64,000 nt of DNA from a virus: IMG/VR virus record IMGVR_UViG_3300046517_002960, positions 32,001 through 96,000 of that record; one strand, 5' to 3'. Positions 27,129 through 36,823 of this stretch are shown one piece after another. The translations under genes and the position numbers were made by a program. The notes below the pieces were generated by a model. That model was not told where the DNA came from. It made no database searches and was given only the letters and a program-made list of their open reading frames with translations. Within the stretch, counting starts at the first letter, position 1. The number at the start of each line of letters is the position of its first letter.

Positions 27129-28423
27129 CACCCCGCCACGGTCAGCTCGCGCTTCGCACGAGTCACAGCCGTATAGAGCCAGCGGGCGCGGGTCCCGGTG
27201 CCGGGCGGCGGCCAGGGCTCCTCGATCACCAGCACCTTGTCCGCTTCCGAGCCCTGGCTCTTGTGCACGGTCTGGGCGTAGCCGTAGTCGAACAGGGCCA
27301 GGTCGCGGTCGCGGATGCCGCGGGCGGCCCCGGGCGGCGCGCCGAACAGGCGCCGGGCCACCTCGCCCTGCCACGGCTCGTCCAGGGCGTCCAGCCCGAT
27401 CGTCATCGGGCAGGTCTCCTCGCCGCCGCGGAGCCGGGGCTCGCCCGCCTGCAGGATGACGCCGCGCTGGCCGTTGAACAGCCCCTCGGCGTGGTTGTTG
27501 CGCAGGCAGATCACCACGTCGCCGGGCTGCGGCGGGCCGCTGCGCCCGTGCCAGGCCCGCATCGCCTCGTTGTGGTACGCGCGGGTGCGGTTGGTCGCGC
27601 ACAGGATCATGTCCGCCTCCCCCGGGTGCAGCCCGTCGTACCCGATCCGGTCCGGGCGGATCTTGGCCACGCCGGGGCCGTACACGCCGTGCGGGATGTG
27701 CCCCTGCTCCCGTGCCCAGCGGGCGACGTTGAGGATCGCCATCCCGGCCGGGTCGGCGGCGCTCTGCCGGTGGATCTCCTCCAGCCGCAGGTGCGGCGCG
27801 GCCATCAGGGAGAACGCGGACTGGACCGGGGGCAGCTGGCCGTGGTCGCCGATGGCCAGCACCGGGACGCCGTGGCTGGTCAGGTCGGCCCACAGCCGCT
27901 CCGGGATCATGGACGCCTCGTCGGCGACGACCAGGTCCAGCCCGGCCAGCGGCTCCGGCACCGGGGTGAAGCTGACCTGCTGCGCGGCCGGGCACGGCTG
28001 CTCACGGCGCTGGTGCGCGGCGCAGCGGTCTTCCCCGGCGGGCAGCATCCCGGTGCTGTCCGCGCAGTAGGCCAGCACGGCCGGGCGGTACAGCAGCCGG
28101 TGGATGGTGGACACCACGGCGGGGCTGGCGCGCAGCGCGTCCAGCTTGCCGCGCAGCACCTGGACCGCCTTGCCGGTGTAGGCGCAGAACGCGATCCGGG
28201 CATCGCCCAGCAGCCCGGGCAGCAGCCCGGCCAGGGTGGTCTTGCCGGTGCCGGCCAGGCCGCCGAGGATCAGCGGGCGCGGCCCCCCGTCGTCGTACCA
28301 CCGGGTAACCGCGTCCAGGGCCTGCCGCTGGCCGTCACTGAGCTGGGCCAGCAGGGCGCCGTGCAGCGAGGCGGGCGACGGCGCGGCGGCCCGGGCCAGG
28401 GCGGGTCCCGCGTCAGCCCTCAC
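27125..28423 (-). CDS. RecD/Dda-like SF1 DNA helicase
   Basis: GLAGTGKTT, TIHRL, DEASM, GDHGQLPPV, HRQ, TVHKSQGSE, YTAVTRA. Confidence 0.92.
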   Translation of the reverse strand: MRADAGPALARAAAPSPASLHGALLAQLSDGQRQALDAVTRWYDDGGPRPLILGGLAGTGKTTLAGLLPGLLGDARIAFCAYTGKAVQVLRGKLDALRASPAVVSTIHRLLYRPAVLAYCADSTGMLPAGEDRCAAHQRREQPCPAAQQVSFTPVPEPLAGLDLVVADEASMIPERLWADLTSHGVPVLAIGDHGQLPPVQSAFSLMAAPHLRLEEIHRQSAADPAGMAILNVARWAREQGHIPHGVYGPGVAKIRPDRIGYDGLHPGEADMILCATNRTRAYHNEAMRAWHGRSGPPQPGDVVICLRNNHAEGLFNGQRGVILQAGEPRLRGGEETCPMTIGLDALDEPWQGEVARRLFGAPPGAARGIRDRDLALFDYGYAQTVHKSQGSEADKVLVIEEPWPPPGTGTRARWLYTAVTRAKRELTVAGW

Positions 28424-28632
28424 GGATGCGCCTTGCGGTACGCCTCATTAGCTGCCTCGCAGCCCCGGCACACGTCCCAGTGATCGCCGTCCGCATCTGC
28501 GTGCAGCTCCCCCAGGGGGAACCGGCCGAAGCAGATGCAGCACATGACCAGCCCGCCCGGGCACGCCGGCCCCCGGTGCTGAGTGCCGCAGCACAGCCGG
28601 ACCGGGACCCAGGGCACCAGCTCCGTGCTCAC
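28420..28632 (-). CDS. small Cys-rich protein
   Basis: CCG..C..CCIC..CRGC. Confidence 0.55.
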   Translation of the reverse strand: MSTELVPWVPVRLCCGTQHRGPACPGGLVMCCICFGRFPLGELHADADGDHWDVCRGCEAANEAYRKAHP

Positions 28633-28973
28633 GCCGGCCTCTGGCGCAGGTGCGGCGCGGCATGGTCCGGGTTGGCGGGCCGGGACCCGGGCGCCCGGTT
28701 GACCGCGCGCAGCCGGGCACCGGAGGGCAGCCACGGAGCGGCCGGGTGGACCTCGCGCGGCTCGCCGTCCAGGTGCAGCGCGTCCCACGGGACCCGGCAG
28801 CCCGCCTCGTGCACGTCGGCCCACCCCTTGCCCATCCGGGCCGGGTCGGCGGCGATCAGCGCGCCGCAGCACGCCGCGCGGACCCACAGCGACCGCGGCG
28901 AGGGCGGCGGGGTCCGGTGCTCCCGGCGCCGCTGACGCGGATCCGTGTTCCGGTACTTGCGGCTGCGGCTCAT
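28629..28973 (-). CDS. hypothetical protein
   Basis: RBS gaacaggagag. Confidence 0.6.
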   Translation of the reverse strand: MSRSRKYRNTDPRQRRREHRTPPPSPRSLWVRAACCGALIAADPARMGKGWADVHEAGCRVPWDALHLDGEPREVHPAAPWLPSGARLRAVNRAPGSRPANPDHAAPHLRQRPA

Positions 28974-29485
28974 CTGCTCTCCTGTTCCTGGTCATGACGC
29001 CCGCGCTGGCCCGCCGCCGCGCCGCCGTTGCGGCTGATGTACTCCCGCCAGGGCACGAACCCGCCCTGCGGCCAGAACCCCCACTCGCCGCGGCGCGGGC
29101 CGGTGATGACCAGCGTCCACAGCGGGACTTCGACGGTCGTGATCATGTGCGCGGCCCGGCGGCCCATCCGGTGCACGGTGAACCGCTCGCACAGCCGCAT
29201 GAAACGGCGGCCCGGGTCGCGCTTGTCCGGCCAGACCCGCTCGATGTAGGACCCGTGCAGGATGAGCGAGGCGAACGCCCACGGGTGATCGTGCGGATCC
29301 GGGTCCTTATCCGGCCGGTGAATGTGGTGCAGGTACACCGCGAGCCAGGGCGTCTCGATCAGCCGGAGCCGGTCCAGGTACGGGTCGCCGTCCGCGCCGA
29401 TATCGACGCCGGACAGCAGCCCCCACCGGACGTGCGCGCTGCCCGCGGTGATCTTGCGCGTTGCCGTTGCCTGCCTGCCGTTCAT
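28970..29485 (-). CDS. cupin-fold protein
   Basis: YLHHIHRPD..PHDHPWAFASLILHGSYIE..H..WTLVITGP..WGF. Confidence 0.75.
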   Translation of the reverse strand: MNGRQATATRKITAGSAHVRWGLLSGVDIGADGDPYLDRLRLIETPWLAVYLHHIHRPDKDPDPHDHPWAFASLILHGSYIERVWPDKRDPGRRFMRLCERFTVHRMGRRAAHMITTVEVPLWTLVITGPRRGEWGFWPQGGFVPWREYISRNGGAAAGQRGRHDQEQESR

Positions 29486-29680
29486 CTGCTCTCCTGCCCT
29501 GTCATGGCTGTCTCCTGCCCTGTCGTGATTATCATCTGCTGCCGCACCGGCACGGCCCGTGCCGCGGGCAGCCCTGCGCGCACCAGTGGCCTTCGGCCGC
29601 GCCGTTGCCGGGGCTGGCGTCGCGGCTCCAGCACCGGCAGCGCCGGGTCCGGGCGCGGCGCCACCACCGGGCCACCGGGT

Positions 29681-32600
29681 TCACGAGCTGTCCGGCCAGG
29701 CCTGGAACGGACCCTCGCCGGCCGCCTCGATCGGCACTCCGTAGATCTCGTAGAACCGCTGGCTGCGCATGCACGCGATCAGCGTGGCCAGCGCCTCCTC
29801 GGCCTCGGCTAGCGGCACGAACGCGAACACCTCGTCGTGGATGGGCAGCAGCGGGTAGTGCCCCCACCGGGTGTCCTTCCACCGCAGCACCCCGTCGACC
29901 AGCAGCTCGCGGGCGGTGCCCTGGATGCAGTTGTGCGACAGGAACCCGTCCGCGATCAAGGTCCGGGTGCTGGTCTGGATTGAGGCGAGCACCAGGTCCC
30001 CGGCAGGCTCTACCGCTTCCACCTGAACAGGTTCGGTCATCCCGGCGGTCACCGAGATGTCCTCCCACAGCGCCTCGTAACGCGGCTGGAAGCGCACCGG
30101 CTGGAGCGTGCCGAGAATCTGCATGATGTGCCGGACAGATGTAGTCCCGGCCCGGTGGCACCGGGACGTGTTACCCAGTGAATCCGGCCGGAGCGTGTGC
30201 ATCAGCCCCAGGTCAGTCATGCCCTTGCAGAACGCGTCCATCACCGGGCCTGGATTCTGGGCGAACTCCAGCTTGCGGGCGGCCCGGACCTGATTCGGCG
30301 TGCAGATCTGGAGGTTTGCCTCGCCGTCGTACAGCCCGGCCAGCCAGCCAGCCGTACGAGTGTCAGCTTCCCGCCAGGTCCCGATGGACAGCAGCTCGTC
30401 GCCAGGCTGAAGTACGTCAGCCTGCACCCAGGACAGGTACCGGCCGCGCTTGCCGTTGAGCTGCCTGCGCCGGACAAGCCACAGGTGGTCCGCGCTGCAC
30501 GTGACAGCCCGGCCGCCGGCCCGCACCAGGACAGACGGCTTGCGCACCATGCTGGCGGCTTCCACGACAGCCGTCCGCATCCGGCGATGCTGATTACCGG
30601 GCAGCCGGTTCTCATCGAAAGCCACGAGCCGGTCGCCCACCTGAATCTCCGCGGCTGGCACGTACCGCAGATCGCTTCTGAGCACGGGCGTGTCCGGGGC
30701 CAGGCAGTAGTTGCCGGCCGCGTGGTGACGGCCGCGGGGCAGCCAGATGGTCCGGCCGGAGTACGCGGTCCAGGCCCGGTTGCCGGATTGCGCGTAGGCC
30801 CGCATCTCCTGGTCCCAGGCGGCGTACCGGGGAGCGATCTGCTCGAACGCCCGGTGCACCGCCCGGCCGTGCGCCACTGGCAGCCCGACCTGCTTCGCCC
30901 CGGTGTCCGGGCCGCCGCCGAACATCTTACTGAACACGATGCGCTTGGAGTTGTAGCGGTCTTCCTTGCCGGCGTTCCCGCCGAAGGCCATCCGGGCGGC
31001 CATCCAGTGCAGCCCCTTCTGGTCCAGCCCGCAGGCCGGGTGACACGGGTCGTTCCCGCACGCCTGGCAGCGGGTGGACAGCTCGGCCTCCAGCAGCGCG
31101 AAGTCGCCGCTCAGCGCGGCGCCGACCCGGATCTCCACGCCGGAGAAGTCGGCGCTGATCCCGGCCATCGGCACCCCGTACGGGCTGGTCAGCTCGTCGT
31201 CGGCGATGACGCAGGCGCGGATCCCGCCCTGCCGTGAGAATTGTTGCCCGTTGGGTCTCACGCAACTACTGCGACCCGTGTCGGCGTTGATCGTGTAGAC
31301 CACCGGGCGCATCCGGCCGTCGCCGCGTTCGCACAGCGTGTTCAGCGGGTTGAGCAGCAGGCCGAGGGTAGTGACGTCATGCCGGTACTCCAGGATCTGC
31401 CGGCACAGCTCGGAATGCTCGTAGAAGTCCCGGCCGTCCTGGCCGTCCTGCTTGGCCAGCGGCTCGAGCACGTCCTTGGCCGCGGACGGGCCGCCGCTCC
31501 CGGTCCGGCCCAGCGGCACGCCCATCGCGGCCAGCGCGGCCGGGACTTCCTTGGACGAGCTCGGGTTGGCGATGTCCGGGCACAGCTCGGCCACCCGCCG
31601 CCGGGCTGCCTCGCGGGCCTGCTCGTACTCGGCGATCTTGGCCTGGATGTGGCGGTGGTCCAGCCGGAACCCGTCGTGCGCGACCCGGGCGCACATGGCC
31701 TGGAAGACCCGCTCGCGGGCCAGCACGTGCTCGTCCGGGCGGGGCAGCACGCGCAGCACCGCGGCCAGGTCCAGCACGTCGGACCCGGCGTACCGCTCGA
31801 ACGTCTCGCAGTCCTTGCGGACCATGGCCCAGCCGGATTTCTCCCGCGGGGTGCTGGCCTCCAGGTTGGTCAGCCACCGGCCGGACTTGAACAGCGCGCT
31901 GCGCGCCTCGTCGGCCGGCTTGGACGCCGAGTAGCCGCCCAGCAGGCCGAGGGCGAGCCGCTTCAGCTCGTTCTCGTCCGACCCGGCCAGCGACGGGTCG
32001 CCCAGCTTGGAGATCAGCACGGAGTCCTCCATCCGCGCCCACATGGAGTCGCGGTCGCCGAGCCCGTGCCAGGCCAGCGGGACCAGGTCGGCGCAGGCCG
32101 AATGCGCGTGCAGCTTGCCGGCCCGGGCCACCAGGTCCCGGATCGCCGCCGCCTGCGCATCGTCGGAGGGGTCGAAGACCGCGGCGATGTGCTCCCCGCC
32201 CAGCTGGACCAGCCGCAGCTCGTGGTCGGCATGGCTGACCGGGTAGCCGGAGTGCTCCACGTCCACCGACAGGTCCGCCAGGTACGGGGTGACCGCGGCG
32301 ACCGCCTCGGCGATCGTGCACGGCAGCACCATCGGCGGCGCGCCCGGGTCGGCCGGGTTCCGGGCGGTGAGCACCGGCAGCGGGTACACCGGGCCTTCCA
32401 GCGCCGGGTCCGGCCGCAGCGGCTTCGGCTTCGGGGCCTTCGGCTCCCGGGGCTTGCGTTCTGCTCGCTTCCGTTCGGCTGGCTTCCGCTCTGGCTTGTC
32501 CGCTACAGGCTGTGACGGAGCTGCCGGGTCCGCTGCCGGGGGTGCCGCTGCCGGGGATTCCTGAAGGGATTGAGGGTCTGAGGGGTTATTTCTATTTTCC

Positions 32601-35347
32601 TGCGTGTGCGTGTGTGCGTGTGCATGCGCATTAGGAATAGAAACCAACCCTTCATACCCTTCAGGAGGAGAAAAACTGAAGGGTTGCTGGATGGTTTGAC
32701 CTGCAGTTTTTCCGTTCTGAAGGGTTTGGGCTACAGGCGGTGCAAACCCTTCAGTACCCTTCATGAACCCTTCAGCAGGACGGGTGGAACCTCCGCTGAT
32801 GCCCATGAACTCGGCCGGAGTCGGCGTGAAGCTGCCTGGCGGGCGCACCCGGAGCGGCCGGTAGTTGCCGTCTGCCCGGTGAACGGCCTCAAACCCCTCA
32901 CTGTTCAGGCGCCGTCCCCAGGCCGTCTCGGACGGGATCTGGGAGGGGTGCATATTCTTCCGGCGGCAACTCTCCGTGAACGCCTCGTAGAGCTGGTGGG
33001 ACTTGGTGCCCGGCTCCCAGGGCTCGCACTCGTCCTCTACCCAGAGCATGACCCGGTCCTGGCTGGCCTGGATTTCCAGTGCCGCCCGCCGGCCGGCCTC
33101 GGGGGCGCTTTCGCTGCCCGCGGACCCCGGCTCGGCCAGCCACCCGGCCGCCTCGGCCATCAGCGCGGCGAGCACGCCGGGGGCCTCGCGCCGCCAGGCC
33201 GGGCCGTTCACGTTCCCGATCGCGGCCCGGGCCGCGCGCACCTGCGCCGGGTCGCCGTCGCACGGGATCAGCCGGACCCGCCGCCGGATCGCCGGGTCCA
33301 CCAGGTTCGGCTCGTGCTCCGGGTTGGCGGTCAGGATCAGCGTGTGGGTCGGGGGGAACGTGACCGGGTTCTCGGCCATCCGGTTGCCGGTCAGGTCGGC
33401 GCCCCCGGTGATCTGCTTGAGCCGTTCGGTGGCCATCGTGCCGGCCCGGGGGGCCTCATCGATGAAGGACAGCCGGCGGCCTTTCAGCGCGTACACGATG
33501 GAGGCGTGCGACCGGTCGGCCGGGGACAGCAGCCGCGCGTCGGCGGTGTGCGCGTACGTGCCGAGCACGCTCATCATCAGGTCGATGACGGACGTCTTGC
33601 CCACGTCGGTCTCGCCCAGCATGATCGGCAGCGCCTTGTCGGAGTACCCGGTAACCGCGATGGCCAGCACCCGCAGCGCCCAGGCCCGCAGCTCCGCGTC
33701 CGGCCAGACGGCTGCCAGGAACGCGTCCCATAGCGGCGTCTTGCGCTCGCTGTCGGGGGTGACCGCCGCGCTGTGCAGATGCGGCACGCCCCAGTCAATG
33801 CGCCGGGTAGGTTCCGGGCTGCCCGCGAACTCCCGCAGGTCCCACGGCACCCCCCCGGCCCACAGGATCTCCCGGTCGGCATCCAGCCCGGCCAGGTCGA
33901 TCGCCGAGGGATGGAAGCCGACGCCGGTCTGCGCGTTCATCTTCCCGGCGATCCCGGCCGAGGACGCGTTGGTGCAGAACCTGGCCCGCCGTTTGGCCTG
34001 GGCCTTTTCCGGGGTGCCGTCATCGGCGGCCGGGTCGCCGGGCAGCATCAGCCAGCTGACCAGGTCGACGGCCCAGGCGGCGGCGTTGCCCCGGCGCGGC
34101 ACCCAGGCCTCCGGCCCGCGCACCAGCCAGGTGCCGGCGTCGGGGGCGTACCGCAGCGCCGGGTGCACCCGGGTCAGCACGTCCCGGGCCAGGGTGGCGT
34201 CCAGTTCCGCGGCCGTCTCGAACGGGGCGGTGCCGATTGCCTGGTACGGCGTCCAGAGCCGGGCGGGCTCGATCGGCTCGGGCTCCGGCTCGCCCTCGGG
34301 CACGCCCGGGGCCGGGGCCTGGTACTCCTGGCGGGCCGCCGCGTTCACGGTCAGCACGCACGGGTCCCACCCGGCCGGGCGCGGCCCGTGCTCGGTGACC
34401 GCGGACCGGGCGGCGCCCAGCACCATCTCGGCGAACTCGGCCTGGCGGCCCTCCCCGGCGGTCAGGTCGTTCCACAGCTCGTCCAGCGCCCGGATCGCGG
34501 TCAGGTAGCCGGGGTGGCCCTTGGCGCCCAGCATCACCGCGGCCAGGGTGTACTTCAGCATCGCGTCATGCCGCGTGCCCGGCTCGGCCCGGGTCAGGGC
34601 GCGCCGCGCCTCGTCCATCACCGCGGCCATGTCCACGCACCACGGCGCCCCGGCTGCCTCGCTGCCCTCGAGTTCGAGCAGCAGCTGCTGCCCGGCCTCC
34701 GGGGGCGCGTTCGCCCCGGCCGGCTTCGACGCCCCGGCCGCCAGAGCGGTCACCCAGGCGGGCGGCAGCTGCGGCAGCTGGTCCGGCCGCGGGATCTCGC
34801 CCGGGTCCGCCGCCGAGCCGTCCGGCCGGTACCAGGTGTAGGTGCCGTCCACCGCCCCGTCGTCGTCGTGGTGCGGGCTCGGCCAGACCACGGCGTACCG
34901 GTGGTGCAGCTGGATGATCTCGATGTCCGGGTCGATGGTGCCCGCGTACCGCTGCGCCGGCGCCCGGAAGAACCAGATCCGCGACGGCTGGCCCGGCCCC
35001 CGCGCGGTGGAGGACCAGGTCGGCGGCAGCTCGCCCCACTCGGCTGCCCGGGCGGCCAGGGTCTGCGCCCCGTGCTTCTGCTTGCCGTGCTTGACGTACT
35101 GGTCGACGTCGATGCCGATGACGCCGGCCGGCAGCCGCAGCGCGACCGAGCTGCCGGGCCTGCTGCCGATCCAGCCGATCACCGTGCCCGCGTCGGTCCA
35201 GGCCCCGTCCGCCCCGGTGTAGCCCTCCGGCGGCGGGTACTTGCCCTGCGCGGGCACCGGGATGACGCCCGGCCACCCTTTCAGGAGGTAGTCCCCGGCG
35301 TGCTCCGCGTACGGGCGCGCCGAGATGCCGGGCGCCGCCGCCGTCAC
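29681..35347 (-). CDS. fused Prim-Pol primase / D5-like SF3 helicase / family A DNA polymerase, intein-containing
   Basis: GIDVD..IWFFR..YAVVWPS; GETDVGKT, FIDE, LKQITGG; DVEHSG exonuclease; ADFSGVEIR, SKRIVF, IHDE. Confidence 0.92.
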   Translation of the reverse strand: MTAAAPGISARPYAEHAGDYLLKGWPGVIPVPAQGKYPPPEGYTGADGAWTDAGTVIGWIGSRPGSSVALRLPAGVIGIDVDQYVKHGKQKHGAQTLAARAAEWGELPPTWSSTARGPGQPSRIWFFRAPAQRYAGTIDPDIEIIQLHHRYAVVWPSPHHDDDGAVDGTYTWYRPDGSAADPGEIPRPDQLPQLPPAWVTALAAGASKPAGANAPPEAGQQLLLELEGSEAAGAPWCVDMAAVMDEARRALTRAEPGTRHDAMLKYTLAAVMLGAKGHPGYLTAIRALDELWNDLTAGEGRQAEFAEMVLGAARSAVTEHGPRPAGWDPCVLTVNAAARQEYQAPAPGVPEGEPEPEPIEPARLWTPYQAIGTAPFETAAELDATLARDVLTRVHPALRYAPDAGTWLVRGPEAWVPRRGNAAAWAVDLVSWLMLPGDPAADDGTPEKAQAKRRARFCTNASSAGIAGKMNAQTGVGFHPSAIDLAGLDADREILWAGGVPWDLREFAGSPEPTRRIDWGVPHLHSAAVTPDSERKTPLWDAFLAAVWPDAELRAWALRVLAIAVTGYSDKALPIMLGETDVGKTSVIDLMMSVLGTYAHTADARLLSPADRSHASIVYALKGRRLSFIDEAPRAGTMATERLKQITGGADLTGNRMAENPVTFPPTHTLILTANPEHEPNLVDPAIRRRVRLIPCDGDPAQVRAARAAIGNVNGPAWRREAPGVLAALMAEAAGWLAEPGSAGSESAPEAGRRAALEIQASQDRVMLWVEDECEPWEPGTKSHQLYEAFTESCRRKNMHPSQIPSETAWGRRLNSEGFEAVHRADGNYRPLRVRPPGSFTPTPAEFMGISGGSTRPAEGFMKGTEGFAPPVAQTLQNGKTAGQTIQQPFSFSPPEGYEGLVSIPNAHAHAHTHTQENRNNPSDPQSLQESPAAAPPAADPAAPSQPVADKPERKPAERKRAERKPREPKAPKPKPLRPDPALEGPVYPLPVLTARNPADPGAPPMVLPCTIAEAVAAVTPYLADLSVDVEHSGYPVSHADHELRLVQLGGEHIAAVFDPSDDAQAAAIRDLVARAGKLHAHSACADLVPLAWHGLGDRDSMWARMEDSVLISKLGDPSLAGSDENELKRLALGLLGGYSASKPADEARSALFKSGRWLTNLEASTPREKSGWAMVRKDCETFERYAGSDVLDLAAVLRVLPRPDEHVLARERVFQAMCARVAHDGFRLDHRHIQAKIAEYEQAREAARRRVAELCPDIANPSSSKEVPAALAAMGVPLGRTGSGGPSAAKDVLEPLAKQDGQDGRDFYEHSELCRQILEYRHDVTTLGLLLNPLNTLCERGDGRMRPVVYTINADTGRSSCVRPNGQQFSRQGGIRACVIADDELTSPYGVPMAGISADFSGVEIRVGAALSGDFALLEAELSTRCQACGNDPCHPACGLDQKGLHWMAARMAFGGNAGKEDRYNSKRIVFSKMFGGGPDTGAKQVGLPVAHGRAVHRAFEQIAPRYAAWDQEMRAYAQSGNRAWTAYSGRTIWLPRGRHHAAGNYCLAPDTPVLRSDLRYVPAAEIQVGDRLVAFDENRLPGNQHRRMRTAVVEAASMVRKPSVLVRAGGRAVTCSADHLWLVRRRQLNGKRGRYLSWVQADVLQPGDELLSIGTWREADTRTAGWLAGLYDGEANLQICTPNQVRAARKLEFAQNPGPVMDAFCKGMTDLGLMHTLRPDSLGNTSRCHRAGTTSVRHIMQILGTLQPVRFQPRYEALWEDISVTAGMTEPVQVEAVEPAGDLVLASIQTSTRTLIADGFLSHNCIQGTARELLVDGVLRWKDTRWGHYPLLPIHDEVFAFVPLAEAEEALATLIACMRSQRFYEIYGVPIEAAGEGPFQAWPDSS
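29930..30706 (-). mobile_element. intein with LAGLIDADG motif in the PolA domain (259 aa)
   Basis: NY|CLAPDTPV ... WLAGLYDGE ... GFLSHN|CIQG. Confidence 0.9.
32561..32774. repeat. AT-richer iteron-like array (7x ACCCTTCA) plus alternating purine-pyrimidine tract; candidate origin
   Basis: ACCCTTCA at 32647, 32656, 32746, 32756, 32767; inverted at 32677, 32718; (TGCG/TG)n at 32601-32630. Confidence 0.7.
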
Positions 35348-35460
35348 GGCCGCCTGCCCTGGGTTTCGCGATGCATCGCGTGGCGGGGCAGCGTAAACGG
35401 CCCGCTGGCGGGTATGCTCTGGCTAAGCATGGTTCTCCTCACGGGGATCGTGCGGAGCAT
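35344..35460 (-). CDS. 38-aa leader ORF coupled to the replicase start
   Basis: SD GAGGAG plus ATG; TGA overlaps the GTG at 35347. Confidence 0.4.
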   Translation of the reverse strand: MLRTIPVRRTMLSQSIPASGPFTLPRHAMHRETQGRRP

Positions 35461-35477
35461 GGTTCTCCTCACGGGGA
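35426..35477. repeat. 22-bp direct repeat (RBS+ATG on - strand)
   Basis: AGCATGGTTCTCCTCACGGGGA at 35426 and 35456. Confidence 0.9.
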
Positions 35478-35609
35478 GCTGTGCGGCGCGTCACGTGGTC
35501 CCTTCCGGGAATGGGTCCCCGGCAGGCCGGGTGGTGCAGCGGTGAGATAGTCAGCTGGGTAGCGACTGGGCCGGGACCTTTACTGGGCAGTGGAGGTCCC
35601 GGCAGCCGC

Positions 35610-35810
35610 TCAGCCCTCCGGTCCGGTCCTCGTACGGTCGTCATGGTCTCGCTCCCTCGCCCTCGCGCTCTTTCCGTTCGTGGTGATCATCACGCCCCGG
35701 TACCGGCCCGCCGCCTCAGCCAGCAGCACGTTCGCGATGGCGCGCTCGTCGCGCAGCCGCAGGTGCACGTGGTCTCCGGGGTGCGGGCAGCCCCGGCGGT
35801 TACAGGGCAT
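35610..35810 (-). CDS. small hypothetical protein
   Basis: C..GCPHPGDH motif. Confidence 0.5.
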   Translation of the reverse strand: MPCNRRGCPHPGDHVHLRLRDERAIANVLLAEAAGRYRGVMITTNGKSARARERDHDDRTRTGPEG

Positions 35811-36219
35811 CTCCGGCCTCCCCCGCTCCGGCCTGCGCCTCCGGCCGGTACGGCACGCGGAACCGGGCGTGCTGTTCCCGCGCCACCTCCTCCGGCGTCA
35901 GCTCCTCCCCGGGCGGCAGGTACCGCCAGAAGTTCACGGCCGCGGCCGGGGCCGCGTTCACCGTGTCCTCGAGCGCGACGATGCCGTGCATCTGCAGGCC
36001 GCACTGGATGACCGGCCCGTTGCTGCCGCTGGCGGGCTTCTCGGTGACCCGGAAGACGCCCCAGCCGATCAGCGGCTCGGCCACGTAGCCGGGCGGGGTG
36101 CCCCCGGGACGGCCGGCGAACACGGCCCGCCAGCCGTACTCGGCCGCGATAATCGAGACCGGCTCGTAGACCGTGACCCGCTGCGGAGCCTGCGCGCTCC
36201 TGCTGCCCGCTGCTTTCAT
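35800..36219 (-). CDS. hypothetical protein
   Basis: SD gggagg; ATG at 36219. Confidence 0.65.
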   Translation of the reverse strand: MKAAGSRSAQAPQRVTVYEPVSIIAAEYGWRAVFAGRPGGTPPGYVAEPLIGWGVFRVTEKPASGSNGPVIQCGLQMHGIVALEDTVNAAPAAAVNFWRYLPPGEELTPEEVAREQHARFRVPYRPEAQAGAGEAGDAL

Positions 36220-36821
36220 GGCTGCGCCTCCCTGCTCCTGGCGGGTTCCTGGCCGGTTGCTCCCGGTCCCGGCAGCCGCCGCCTGCTCAGCGGGTCCGGC
36301 AGCCCGCAGTCCCAGGTAGCGGCGAAGGTCATGTGCCTCCCGCCGTCCCGGGCGTGGTGCTTCATTGCCGCCGGGTTCGTGATGTCCAGCACCCCGGCCC
36401 GGGCCAGCCGCTCGTCGGTGGCCCAGTTCTTGACCATCGACGCGGTCCGGGCCTGGCACGGGATGCCGCAGTCCGCCAGGATCGCCTCGAGCTCGTGCTG
36501 CTGCCGGCGGATCTGCTCCGGGCTGGTGCCTTTCAGCCCCTTGCGCGACGCCACGAACATCTCGATCCCGGCGGCGGTCAGGTCATCGCCGAACACGCCC
36601 AGCAGCATCAGCAGCAGGCTGGCCGCGCCGCCCGCGTCGACCTGCCAGGCCCGGGTGAACGCCGCCTTGCGCTCGAAGCCATCCGGGTCCCGCCGCCACG
36701 CGCCGAGCTGGAACCCGGCGGTGCCGCTTCCCGTGTCGATGCCGAGCGTGACCACCGACCCGGCCGGCAGCCCGGCGGTCGCGCTGGCCCTCACCAGGCC
36801 GGTGTGCCGCGAGATGCCCAT
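36216..36821 (-). CDS. RuvC-like Holliday junction resolvase
   Basis: LGIDTG..GIE..TDERL..HARDG. Confidence 0.75.
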   Translation of the reverse strand: MGISRHTGLVRASATAGLPAGSVVTLGIDTGSGTAGFQLGAWRRDPDGFERKAAFTRAWQVDAGGAASLLLMLLGVFGDDLTAAGIEMFVASRKGLKGTSPEQIRRQQHELEAILADCGIPCQARTASMVKNWATDERLARAGVLDITNPAAMKHHARDGGRHMTFAATWDCGLPDPLSRRRLPGPGATGQEPARSREAQP

Positions 36822-36823
36822 GG

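Noticed and set aside
35426-35477. CRISPR array at this and other repeats (44141, 52637)
   Set aside because: Only two copies, spacers too short or absent, coding/RBS context
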